DNA of 20,000 bases from positions 76,112,284 through 76,132,283 of the forward strand of contig NC_057719.1 in the NCBI RefSeq assembly GCF_004010195.1, in the 5' to 3' direction. The translations under genes were made by a program, and so were the position numbers. The number at the start of each line of letters is the position of its first letter. The first letter of the stretch is position 1. Below, piece by piece: positions 1 to 10,195 of this stretch. This DNA comes from Chiloscyllium plagiosum (taxonomy: Eukaryota). The notes under the pieces are model-generated. The model was not told the origin of the DNA, made no database searches, and saw nothing but the letters and a program-made list of their open reading frames with translations.

Positions 1-334
1 TTCTTCCTTCCTGCACTCATGAAAACCTTAGCAATTGGCTCCTTCATTTTTGAAAGAACTTTATTTTAATTTAAGTGCAACGACTCTGAAAAACAGTTCA
101 AGTATTTTTTGCATGGGGTTGAAAAGTGACAACTGATTGCTCTTTCCCACCTGGTGATAATATTATCAGTTATCTAAAATCTCTGCCCTCTTGGTGCTTC
201 AGCCAGTAAAACTGGTTGCTTCTTTTTTTAATCTTATCAATACCCGTTAATTATTAGACTCACTTAACCTTCTCTGCTGTAACATGAATCTTTCCAACTT
301 CTTTCATCATAACTAAAGGCAATCTTGTCTGACT

Positions 335-1058
335 TATTTTTATTCATGCAAAGGACAGAGGTGTCACTGGTCAGGACAACATTTATTGCCCAAAGGGCAG
401 TTGAGAGTCATCCACAGTTTCCTTTCCTAAAGAATATTAGTGAATTGGAATGGTTTTCCTGATAATTGGCAATGGTTTTTATGGTCATCATTAGCCTACG
501 AGTGCCAAATTTTTATTGAATATCAAATTCCACCATCTACCATGGCAGGATTGGAGCCCAGATTCCCAGATCATTACCTGGGTCTCAGGATTATAGTCAA
601 AACGTGTGATTCTGGAAAAGCACAGCCAGTCAGGCAGCGGCAGAGGAGCAGGAGAATCAACATTTTGAGCATAAGCTCTTCAACAGGAATATGGGTGGGG
701 CGGGGAGCCCAAGGCGGCTGAGAGATAAATGGGAGGGGACTGGGACTTGGGGGGAGATAGCTAGGAATGTGATAGATAGATGGAGGTGGGGGTGGTGAAA
801 GTGATAGGATTACAATTCCTAGCTACCTTCCCTCCATCCCCAGCCCCACTGACCTCCCATTTATCTCTCAGCCCCCTTGGGTCCTCCCCCCACATTTCTG
901 ATGAAGAGCTAATGCCTGAAACATCGACTCTCCTGCTCCTCAGATGCTGCCTGACCTGCTGTGCTTTTCCACCACCACACTTTTGATTCTGATCTCCAGA
1001 ATCTGTAGTCCTCACTTTCTCCTCTCTGGATTGATAGCACAACAATAATAGTCGAACA
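335..1058 (-). mobile_element. tRNA-derived SINE with LINE-derived 3' tail, split by the PLE fold-back at 597-1022
   Basis: Minus strand has a degenerate B-box (GGGCTCCAATCC, 548-559), body CATGGTAGATGGTGGAATTTGA..TGATGACCATA..TTCACTAAT, and tail TGGGCAATAAATGTTGTCCTGACCAG..ATGAATAAAAAT resembling the LINE ends at 8675-8738 and 9478-9530. Confidence 0.75.
597..1022. mobile_element. Penelope-like fold-back element (inverted pLTR pair), family A, with two decayed hammerhead motifs
   Basis: 596-770 is the reverse complement of ~813-987. Hammerhead remnants CTGATGA-A-GAGC-TAAT-GCCT-GAAA-CATC (898-925, +) and CTGTTGA-A-GAGC-TTAT-GCTC-AAAA (686-662, -). Degenerate TSD TCTCAGGATTATAG (583-596) / TCTCTGGATTGATAG (1023-1037). 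Confidence 0.85.
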
Positions 1059-1163
1059 CCTCCCCAGGGCTTGTCTAACAACATTCCTCTGCACACTCTT
1101 TATCTTTTACATGGATCCTTCCAAAATTGCAATGTCCAAAATTGGACATATTACTTCAATCAA

Positions 1164-1444
1164 GGGGGGCATGGTGGCTTAGTGGTTAGCACTGCTGCCT
1201 CACAGCACCAAGTTCAATTACACCCTCGGGCGAGTGTGTGGGTTTGCTCAGGTCTACTCCCACAGTCTGAAGATATGCAAATTAGATAGATTGACCATGC
1301 TAAATTGCCCATTGTGTCCAGGGACAAGGTGGGTTTGTCATGGGAAATGCAGAGTTACTGATCTGGGTCTGGTAGGATACCCTTTGGAGAGTCAGTGTGG
1401 ACTCAATAAGTTGAATGACCTGCTTCCACACTGTAGGGATTCTA
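1164..1444 (+). mobile_element. HE1-type SINE (tRNA-derived, V-SINE class)
   Basis: Head GGCATGGTGGCTTAGTGGTTAGCACTGCTGCCTCACAGC, central GCTAAATTGCCC, tail CCACACTGTAGGGATTCTA. Homologous to five other copies in the window. Confidence 0.9.
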
Positions 1445-2424
1445 ACCAGGACCAATAGGTGTTTCCTAAAGGTTCAGCATTACTTCCTCACTTTTTAAAA
1501 AAATTCTATTTATAAAGCTAAGGTATGCTTTTTTAAAAAAAAAGCCTTATCAACTTTTCCTGCCACCTTCAAAGATTTATGTAAAAAAACCCCTTGCAGT
1601 TTTGTTCCTGCATCCTCTTCAAAATTACACCATTTAGTTTGCATTGACTCTCATCAGTCTTTTCTCCTTGTGTTTGTGAAACTTATTTGCAGTGGCTTTC
1701 CACACACAAGAACTGAACACAGCCCAAATCACCCAGCAGGCACAGAAATCAAGTGCTGCAAAGTGCCAGGTCTGAGTGAATGTAGCAGATGTGTGAGCTG
1801 AAGTGAACGTTGTAAGGCTGAGATATAGCCCAGAACACCTATAGGTGCTTCAGAACAATGAAACAAATCCCACAGGTAAATAAAACACTCACAGTGGGAA
1901 ACAGTGCGTGATGTATGTAGGATTCTGAGGTCTTTTGCATATCTTTAGTTATCATCTTAGGGGTCTTGCTGATTCAGCATTTTGGCTTAGGGCTATTATA
2001 TAATGTTTAAGTAAGAAAACAGAGATACATAAAATAACAACTTTATTAAGGGAATCATGATAATGATGTAACAGAAGAGCTGTTAGGCGAATGTTGAAAA
2101 CATGATGCAGCAACCATCTGTGTACCATTGAAAAATAATATATTAATTTTCAAATAGCTAAGCCTTTAACTTGTCTCATGTTAACAAATTATTAATTATG
2201 TGCTTTAATAGTTGACTCAAGGGAACTCATAGCTAACCAGATGATTTATGGAGATAACTATTTTAATCCATCAGGACTTGGCTACAAAGCCAGTAGACCA
2301 TGGAAAATAAGAAATTTTGGTTGTACCCATACACTGTGGAATATTAAAGTAACAGTGAAGTCACTGATGGGTATACAATAATTATCCAAGTAAAACAGAG
2401 TTTACAAGACTAACATTTCAACTT

Positions 2425-3518
2425 CAATCTAATCCTTTGAAGATTTAACAAGCTGTCTTGATTTGGAGATTGTTTACCTGGCTGAAGAGGTATGCATTGT
2501 TCTCTTGTAGATTTGTCTGACAACTTGGTTGTCTTACTGCTAGTTACTATCATTCAGCATCAAGGCACAATCATCATGGTCAGAGTGTTCTTGCTCACTT
2601 GCTTCATGCATGATTGTTCTGCTGTACACTAGATGGAGGCGGCTTCCTCTACTCCGCCACATAGCGTTACAATCAGTAATGACTTTATGATCTGAGCCAG
2701 TTGCATAGTTTTAAAACCTCTGCTGGTGTTGAAATAATTGTATTGGGATTTTTAATTTGATCTCTGCCCAGTGCACAGGTTTGAAGGTTCACTGACTGCT
2801 CACTGATTGAGTATCTCTTTAATTCTTGTGTCTCAGAATAGTTAAAAATTGGTTGCTAGGCAAGATCTTATGCAATTTCCTGCTGAACAGAAGTTGTGCT
2901 ATGGATGGCAATACCTTATCCATTGGTGTCGCAAAGTAAACTCTTGCTTTGTTGCTAGACAGTGAATGATCTTCAATATTGACCTTAAGATCCGCGAGAC
3001 CATTTGTGTGTGGATAGTGGTACAATGTGATCAGGATCGCTCCACTCTCAGTAAAGATATCTTGAAATGGTCTGCAAATGAACTGTGCTCTGTTGGAAAA
3101 CTCTGTGTGACCTGACACTCCAAATAAACTAAACGTAGTGCTCATCATATCATCAATGACCATGCTGGTTGTATCATTGGTTGTGAAACAATGGTAAATT
3201 TAGAGAAGTATTCTATCGCAAGGATGTAATCTTTCCCATGCACAGTAAATAGGTCTGTGCAACTTTCATGCAAGGAATTGATGGAACATCATGTGGATGC
3301 ACAATTCCCCTCCACTGCTGGAGTTGTTAGTAGGTTTACCATGTGTCACATGTATTCATAAATAGTTGAATATCCAGTTTCAGGCCTGACCACGACATAG
3401 CTTCATGTGCTATATTTCTTGTTTGTTCAATACACACGTGTCCCTGGTATAACATGGATTTGGCATGATGCAGTCGTACAAGCACTCTCCTAAATCGTAA
3501 TACTGGAATGATGATCAA
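2425..3518 (-). pseudogene. Ty3/Gypsy LTR-retrotransposon integrase fossil (zinc-binding domain, core domain, C-terminus)
   Basis: Frameshifted minus-strand translation: IIIP..VL..LH..GHVCIEQT..AMSWSG..DI...TCDTW (H2C2-like), TDLFTVHGKDYILAIEYFSKF (~3260-3197), FSLFGV..YPHTNGLA, SIAQLLFSRKL, and terminal ISKSRQLVK (like TRSGR.VKP). Several stops and frameshifts; no LTR found. Confidence 0.88.
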
Positions 3519-3521
3519 CCA

Positions 3522-4015
3522 AAGAGGTACAAGAAATCACGCATTCAGATTTCTCAAGACAGCACAGAATTCAGAAAGTCAAGCCATGACGAAAGAAACA
3601 TACCAAGGTCTAATAAAAGCTAAAGGGGTGGCACAGTGGCTCAGTGGTTAGCACTGCTGCCTCACAGTGCCAGAGACCTGGTTTCAACTTCAGCCTGTGT
3701 GGAGTTTGTAACTTCTCCCCGTGTCTGTGTGGGTTTCCTCTGGGTGCTCTGGTTTCCTCCCACAATCCAAAGATGTGCAGGTCAGGTGAATTGCTAAATT
3801 GCTAAATTGTCCATAGTATTAGGTACATTTGTTAGGCTTAAATGTAGGGGAATGTGTCTGGGTGGGTTACTCTTTGGAGGGTCAGTGTTGACCTGCTGGG
3901 CTGAAGGACCTGTTTCCATATTGTAGGGAATCTAATCTAATCTAAGTTGCATACACTGGAAGGAGCTGGGTGAAGAGCGAACGAAAGCCCTGTTCAAGGT
4001 CTGACAAGAAAATGA
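3522..4015 (+). pseudogene. Probable second Gypsy integrase zinc-binding-domain remnant, interrupted by the HE1 SINE at 3625-3945
   Basis: With the SINE removed, the frames read KSRIQI, then YQGLIKAKLHT (like HQGI.K.KLRA), then IHWKELGEE...KV*QEN (like VYWPGL..D....C.VCQ). Confidence 0.45.
3625..3945 (+). mobile_element. HE1-type SINE, full length
   Basis: A-box TGGCTCAGTGG, body GTGGAGTTTG..GTGTGGGTTTCCTC, tail GTAGGGAATCTAATCTAATCTAA. Confidence 0.93.
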
Positions 4016-4587
4016 AAAAAACAGGTATTGTGTGGTCATTTATTTCAAATTAACACTAAAATTTGAAAATGCTTGAAGTGTAACCTCTGAACCTCCCCTG
4101 CAGCTGCACAAAGAAATTAAACATAAAGATGAAAGCATTTTAAAGTTACAAAAAGTTAGCAGAGCATTTGCAGTACATGGCTGATCTGACTGAAGTGAGA
4201 TGTCCAGTGTGGGGAAAGTGATATCTGGTTGCTGTTCTTCAGTCTCTCAATGAGCCAAGTACAGTATAACCCTTAATTCACTATCTGATTACAAGAGTTT
4301 GTACCTTGCTATACCGTCCTTGCCTTTAAACCTGAAGTTCAAGTGTAAGGAATTATGGTAACAGTTGGACTTTACTTACAAATGCTGAACTGCTTTGTCT
4401 CTAACTGGTGATGTTTCATCTTTAAGACACAATACACAATGGATCTAACAGAATTAAGACAGAGGAAATGCAGGAAAGATGTTCCCGGTGACTGGGGACT
4501 CTAGAACCCTGGGTCACAGTTTCAGTATGTGGGGTAGGCCATTTAAGACTGAGATGAGAAATTTCTTCTCCCAAACAGTGACAAGTC

Positions 4588-5084
4588 TGGAGCTCAGCAC
4601 AAGCAGGAAGAACAGCTCTTCATTTCCTGCTTGGGATCTCTACAGCCTTCTTGACTCGATATCTAGATCAATAACTTTAGGGCTTGAGGCATTTTCGCCC
4701 ATGTCCTTACCCCAACTCCTACACACCAGGCCTTGTTATCACAATTGCCTGTTCTTACACATAACACATTGTTAGCCACTAACAGTCCCCATTAATAACT
4801 ATTTACCCTCTCAGCCTGACCATTATCCACTCCTTTGTCTGTCAAGCTGCTCTTTTCTCTCTTTGGGCTCCAACTCTATTTATCGTTTACTCCTTAGCCC
4901 CTCCCTACAACCTAACCTTCTGGATAAAAACCAACACTTTCCTAGCTTCTGAGGAAGGGTCACTGGAGCCGAAACGTTAACTCTGATTTCTCTCCACACA
5001 TGCTACTAGTTCTGCAGAGATTTTCCAGCAATTTCTGTTTTTGATTCTGATTTCCGGCATCTGTGGTTCTTTCACTTTTTTTTT
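4588..5084 (+). mobile_element. Penelope-like element 3' fragment, family C (end of GIY-YIG endonuclease plus pLTR with hammerhead)
   Basis: 4589-4687 translates GAQHKQEEQLFISCLGSLQPS*LDI*INNFRA*, like the PLE C-terminal EEQHLIFRLGTLQP.GLN motif. Hammerhead at 4949-4978. Confidence 0.85.
4949..4982 (+). ncRNA. Minimal type I hammerhead ribozyme motif (PLE family C)
   Basis: CTGAGGA (4949-55), A, stem II GGGTC/GAGCC (one mismatch), GAAA (4971-74), CG-TT; palindrome AACGTT in helix III. Confidence 0.7.
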
Positions 5085-5216
5085 AAGTTGATGGAATTCT
5101 CTGCTGCAGAAAGTACTTGAAACTAAAATATTGAATTTTTTCAAGAAGAAGTTAATATAGTTCTTAGGGCTGAAGGGATGGAGAGAAAGGGAACTGAATT
5201 AGATGAGGTAAAAACA

Positions 5217-5294
5217 ACCTCTTGCACTAGATTACACCTCTTCCCACCCTACCTCTTGCACTGGATTACACCTCTTCCCATCCTACCTCTTGCA
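5217..5294 (+). repeat. 34-bp tandem repeat, 2.3 copies, at the PLE 5' junction
   Basis: ACCTCTTGCACT(A/G)GATTACACCTCTTCCCA(C/T)CCT at 5217-5250 and 5251-5284, then ACCTCTTGCA at 5285-5294. Confidence 0.95.
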
Positions 5295-5540
5295 AAAATG
5301 CCATCCCATATTCCCAATTCCTCCGCCTCCGCCGGATCTGCTCCCAGGAGGACCAGTTCCACCACAGAACACACCAGATGGCCTCCTTCTTTAGAGACCG
5401 CAATTTCCCTTCCCACGTGGTTAAAGATGACCTCCAACGTATCTCGTCCACATCTTGCACCTCCGCCCTCAGACCCCACCCCTCCAACCGTAACAAGGAC
5501 AGAACGCCCCTGGTGCTCACCTGCCACCCTACCAACCTTC

Positions 5541-6032
5541 NNNNNNNNNNNNNNNNNNNNNNNNNNNNNNNNNNNNNNNNNNNNNNNNNNNNNNNNNNNN
5601 NNNNNNNNNNNNNNNNNNNNNNNNNNNNNNNNNNNNNNNNNNNNNNNNNNNNNNNNNNNNNNNNNNNNNNNNNNNNNNNNNNNNNNNNNNNNNNNNNNNN
5701 NNNNNNNNNNNNNNNNNNNNNNNNNNNNNNNNNNNNNNNNNNNNNNNNNNNNNNNNNNNNNNNNNNNNNNNNNNNNNNNNNNNNNNNNNNNNNNNNNNNN
5801 NNNNNNNNNNNNNNNNNNNNNNNNNNNNNNNNNNNNNNNNNNNNNNNNNNNNNNNNNNNNNNNNNNNNNNNNNNNNNNNNNNNNNNNNNNNNNNNNNNNN
5901 NNNNNNNNNNNNNNNNNNNNNNNNNNNNNNNNNNNNNNNNNNNNNNNNNNNNNNNNNNNNNNNNNNNNNNNNNNNNNNNNNNNNNNNNNNNNNNNNNNNN
6001 NNNNNNNNNNNNNNNNNNNNNNNNNNNNNNNN
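5541..6032. other. Assembly gap (492 N)
   Basis: Run of N. Confidence 1.
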
Positions 6033-6074
6033 CTCCTCTAGCTTATCTCTCTACGCTCCAGGCTCACTGCCTTT

Positions 6075-6110
6075 ATTCCTGATGAAGGGCTTTTGCCCGA
6101 AACGTCGATT
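6075..6110 (+). ncRNA. Minimal type I hammerhead ribozyme with intact catalytic core (PLE family A)
   Basis: CTGATGA (6079-85), A, perfect stem II GGGC-TTTT-GCCC (6087-98), GAAA (6099-6102), CG-TC. Predicted cleavage after C6106; short imperfect stem I ATTC/GATT. Confidence 0.85.
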
Positions 6111-6572
6111 TCGAAGCTCCTTGGATGCTGCCTGAACTGCTGTGCTCTTCCAGCACCACTAATCCAGACTGAATTAGATGACAATCATGATCATATTGAA
6201 TGGCAGAGCAGGCTTGAGGGATCAAATGGCTGCTCCACCTCCAAGTTTTTACATTTGTATAATAAGTTAGGTTTTAGAATTTATTTGCCCTTGAAAATGA
6301 CTGATCATAATATATCACGTTTATGTCCATGGGACCAAAGTAAATGAATCTTTAATGATGTCAGGCCATTCCTGGATAATTAACCTTTCACAACTCTTGT
6401 AGTTGCTCACCTTCAGCAGTTACTGATTGCAAATTTTGCTTTGGGCAAGTTTTAACAGATCACCCTCAAGAATGTCTTCAATATAGTCTGGAGCATCAGC
6501 ATGTAAAGCAAAAGGAATATTTTGGTCTTTGTGTGGGTTAGATAACCTGTTCAGTGTATTAGATATAATCAT

Positions 6573-6858
6573 TCTGGTACCTGCTGAGAATGCAACTTTT
6601 AAAAAATGGTTTTGTGATTTACACATGAAAGTAGTGAAACTATCATGGTATTCAAACAGATGAAAGACTCAACAGACAATCAAGGTATTTTTCAATGTAT
6701 AATTTCAGTTACATCACACTGTAAATTTTTGCTATAAATTCTGTGCCTTACAATTGTGTCCTCCATAATCACATGATGAAGGAGCGACGCTCCGAAAGCT
6801 AGTGTGCTTCCAATTAAACCTGTTGTGCTATAATCTGGTGTTGTGTGATTTTTAACTT
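6573..6858 (+). mobile_element. Penelope-like pLTR fragment, family B, with hammerhead (C3-to-A core mutation)
   Basis: CAC-ATGATGA-A-GGAGC-GAC-GCTCC-GAAA-GC-TA-GTG (6770-6804), then AAACCTGTTG..TGGTGTTGTGTGATTTTTAACTTT, shared with 10288-10335. The 5' boundary is approximate. Confidence 0.8.
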
Positions 6859-8063
6859 TAAATATGACACATAGCAATGCAGTCAACTCTTAAATGCATT
6901 CCGAAATTGCCCAGCAAGCCCCTTAGATGTAGTCTGTTATTGATGTGCAAAAACTGTACGGAAATGCTTCAGTATATAAGTATATAAGGATTTTTTAAAA
7001 CAATGATATGTATTTTTTGCAAAATATTCCAAAATAATGTCAACATTGATTGTGATTTAGTTGTTGCCTGAATACTGTGAGTATGGTGATTCTGCTAATG
7101 TTACAAAAAAGCCTGTGATCCCCAATGGGGATTGTCAACTGAGTCAATCTTGAGTGGATGGCACAAGGGGATGCTGTAACATGCATATGTTCCACAAAGT
7201 GTACGAGTCATTTGTAAAGGACATGTACATTACTTTTACTCATTAATACTGGCTCCTCAGCAGTCTGCTATCACAACAACACAATCTTTAAAGAGAAGAT
7301 TTTGATTGAACTCAGCAGGCCTGATCTGGTGATCCCATTTCTCCGCCTACCCATCTCATCCTATCGTCTTTCTGATAGATGTGTAATTACCTCTTTAACC
7401 ACGTTATATCAGCTCTTTTAAATGGCCATCTTCGATAAATGATATCACAAACACGTCACCCTCTGAGCAAAATTGTAAAAGCACTGAGAATGAGATGGTG
7501 ATTAAAAATATCAAGGGTAAAAATGCAACAAGGTTTGTGAACAGTCTGCAAATGGGGCTCATTGGTATTTTGTTCCTACACTGTTGGGGGTTAAACTCTT
7601 GAGGTTTGCCTTGGAGTGACCAGCAAGGTGGGTGCACAGGAGATGGGGTTGGAAGAGGGAAATCCTTGAAGGATTTTTTTTGTCTATTTTTTTCCCTTTG
7701 CTTTGTTTCTATTTGCAAATTCTAAATATATCAAAGTTTGCAAAGAAAGGTTGCCTCACTGCTAGTCCAAGACTAATTAGCAATGATTCTGTTCCCTATC
7801 CAATTTGTCATGTCATAAAACCTCCAGCAAGATAGCCAAACAGAGTCAGCAAAACCACAAACTGCCAGGGCATGGCAGTTCCTGCTCTTTCATTTCAATA
7901 TGCTTTCTTCCGGTCCTGTGGTACACAGAGGAACTTTTCATTACCCAAAAAATCACTCGTTCCACTTTTTCTCATTTCATCCAGCTATTCACTCCTCCTC
8001 TGTGCCTTGACAAATGGAACTGACAGGAAGGCTACTTTGAAAAATTTACAAAGTCCTTACTCT

Positions 8064-8240
8064 TAGAGTCATGCAGACATAGAGATGTACAGCATGGAAA
8101 CAGACCCTTCAGTCCAACTCGGCCATGCCAACCAGATATCCTAACCTAATCTAGTCCCATTTGCCAGCACTTGGCCCATGTCCCTCTAAACCCTTTCTAT
8201 TCATATACCCATCCAGATGCCTTTTAAACGTTGTAGTTGT
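8064..8240 (-). mobile_element. HER1/CR1 LINE 3' end, heavily 5'-truncated
   Basis: Closely similar to 13475-13651 and 17678-17850 (CATAGAGATGTACAGCA..CCCATCCAGATGCCTTTTAAA). Confidence 0.92.
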
Positions 8241-8419
8241 TCAGAAAGGAAGACCCAACATCTGATCACACCTATCGCAAATTAATTTTCCACAGGGCCA
8301 CCTTTTCGGCCCTGAGCTTTCTTTTAGGAAACCATCTCGAATGCTTGCTAAACCACCTACACTAATATGGCAATGCTCATAATACAGTCACTAACTGGAG
8401 CAACCCCCTTCTACACTTT

Positions 8420-8738
8420 AGCACTCAAATCCTCCACTGCCAGCAGCAGTGGGCACCATCCAGAAGGTGCATCTGTGATCTCTGTCACCTGGATGAATAA
8501 GGGCAGGAGATACCTGGGGACGCCACTGTATCCAAGGGGCTCCTCCAGTTCACACACTATCCTGACTTGAAACCATTCACTGTCAATCCTGAACTCTCTT
8601 CCGAACATTACTGAATACCTGCACCACGTGAATTATAGCGGCTCAAGAAGGTGATACTACTTAAGGGCAATTAAGAATGGACAATAAACATTGCCTTTAC
8701 CAGTGGCTTTCCAAATCCCAACAATGAAGGAAAAAAAG
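8420..8738 (+). mobile_element. Diverged 3' end of a second CR1/L2-group LINE family
   Basis: CACACTATCCTGACTTGAAA..TCCTGAACTCTCTTCC..GGCTCAAGAAGG..AAGGGCAATTAAGAATGGACAATAAA..ATGAAGGAAAAAAA. The tail is shared with 9425-9530 and the SINE at 335-400. Confidence 0.7.
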
Positions 8739-9214
8739 ACAGCCTAACACATATTCCATTCCTCCCATTTTCCATATTAAATATTCACAATGAAAATCAT
8801 TTTCCATTCTCAGTTGTGATTAATCTTTGTTGTAACCCTAAACTCTTTATCTTGGTTGATAATCCACCAATATTATAGATACCTGTAGAATGGAAACTGT
8901 GCAATCATTTCCCATGGTAAGGACACTTTCTCACAAGTGGTTAAACTCTCTGTCCTCAATGTCCTTCAAGGTTCCAATGAAGTTCAATAAAATTTCAGGA
9001 ACAGCACGTTATCCTTGAATTCGGCATTTCATAGCTTTCCAGACTCAACATGGAGTTTAATAATTTCAGATTATAATCTCTGATTCCTGTTTTTCTTCGG
9101 GCAGCAACTTTTTGAGAATGCTTCTGCTATGTCTGTTTAGAAGTGTAGAAGGGGGTTGCTCCACACCCAGTTAGTGGCTGTTTGGACGTCTAAATGTATC
9201 CATTGTTCATAGTG

Positions 9215-9535
9215 TCGTGAGAGGATTTGAGTACAGGAGCAGAGATGACTTGCTGCAATTGTATTGGGCCTTGATGAGACTGCACCTGGAATAGTGTGCG
9301 CAGTTTTGATCTCCTTATCTGGGGAAGGATGTTCTAGCTACAGAGGGAGTGCAACTAAGATTTATTAGACTTGTTCATGTGATAGCAGGCCTGGCATAAG
9401 AAGAGAGATTAGAGCAATTAGGATTGCAGTGGGTCAGGAAGACAGCTCACCACCATCTCCTCAAGGACAAATAGAGTTGGGCAATAACTGCTGGCCAGCC
9501 AGCAACATTCGTGTCCCACAACTGAGTAAACAATA
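9215..9535 (+). mobile_element. CR1 RT C-terminal fragment joined directly to the 3' tail of the second LINE family
   Basis: 9217-9420 translates RGFEYRSRDDLLQLYWALMRLHLE*CAQF*SPYLGKDVLATEGVQLRFIRL. From ~9421 the sequence is GGATTGCAGTGGGTCAGGAAGACAGCTCACCACCATCTCCTCAAGG..GGGCAATAA. Confidence 0.8.
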
Positions 9536-10195
9536 TTTTATCCACTGGGGTTTAGCTTCGACGTTTCTTAATTTGTCCTGTTGTCGTCACCTCTTGTCAT
9601 TTGTTCTCTCGAGTTTTCCACATAATCACAGACCTTCCTTTTTATTCTTACCTCCCCTCCCCTTTCCCTGACTCTTCCATAAAACTTGCTTCGTCTCTGA
9701 CATTTTTCCACAGTGTTCATCTCTATGAAAGAGTTCCAGCATTTCTCTGCTGGTAGGCATTGAGGTGGGCAGATGCGAAAATTCTCATGGAGGTGTGAAG
9801 CAGATTGGCAGGTTACCCTTCATAAGCAATGGGTGGCCAATTAAACTTGTTAAATAGCCACTTAAAGCCATTGGCAGACGCTCTGCCTGCCTGCTTAGTT
9901 TCAGTTGCAATTGCAGGCCACCCTTGCAGACGTGTCCCTTACAGACTGGTAACCCTGGTTCTGAGGGAATTTTTATAACTGTAAAATTTAAAGAGTTAGA
10001 GGTAACCTCCTTGGTGCATCAGCTTCTCCTGATAAGGAAGCCTATTGGCTCTTTGCTGCCAAAGGGCCTCTTCCTGACCATCTTCAGCTTCCAGACTCTG
10101 TCCACTATCCTCAGTGGGGTCTCAAGCTCACCCTCTGGCCATTAGTTAGCTAATTTGATGAAAGTCATAGCTGCATGTCTGCCTCTACACACTGA

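Larger units (their letters stand above)
60..1670 (-). mobile_element. Old, highly diverged CR1-type LINE fragment in pieces (~60-330, ~1060-1162, ~1446-1670), interrupted by younger SINE, PLE and HE1 insertions
   Basis: Segments such as CCAAAATTGGACATATTACTTCAA (1136-1159) and CCTGCCACCTTCAAAGATTTATG (~1559-1581) resemble the antisense CR1 RT C-terminal region seen more clearly at 14000-14170. No ORF remains. Confidence 0.5.
5207..6167 (+). mobile_element. 5'-truncated Penelope-like retroelement, family A (RT thumb/linker coding part, assembly gap, pLTR with hammerhead)
   Basis: Open frame 5261-5540 LDYTSSHPTSCKNAIPYSQFLRLRRICSQEDQFHHRTHQMASFFRDRNFP..RTPLVLTCHP is the characteristic PLE RT C-terminal region. 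Perfect 14-bp TSD ACTGAATTAGATGA at 5193-5206 and 6168-6181. Confidence 0.93.
4430..6260 (+). mobile_element. CR1 LINE 3' end (pieces ~4430-4585, ~5085-5206, 6168-6260) hosting two nested PLE insertions
   Basis: MFPVTGDSRTLGHS..GRPFKTEMRNFFSQ.V (4479-4580) continues as WNSLLQK (~5091), then a 3' UTR ending CATGATCATATTGAATGGCAGAGCAGGCTTGAGGGATCAAATGGC. Confidence 0.85.

Noticed and set aside
1670..2420. Candidate Gypsy LTR downstream of the integrase
   Set aside because: No polypurine tract, TG..CA termini or second copy could be identified.
5217..5294. CRISPR-like repeat
   Set aside because: Contiguous tandem copies with no spacers, derived from PLE coding sequence in a eukaryotic context.
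5178..6082. Long ORFs of 287 aa and 234 aa in the track
   Set aside because: Their length comes from the N gap; only the frame 5261-5540 is real PLE coding sequence.
6411..6547. Minus-strand exon candidate with a good donor (AAG|GTGAGC)
   Set aside because: All three frames contain stop codons and no protein similarity is recognisable.
9760..10145. Possible decayed non-autonomous DNA transposon or MITE
   Set aside because: Only vague motif resemblance; no TIRs or TSD can be shown.
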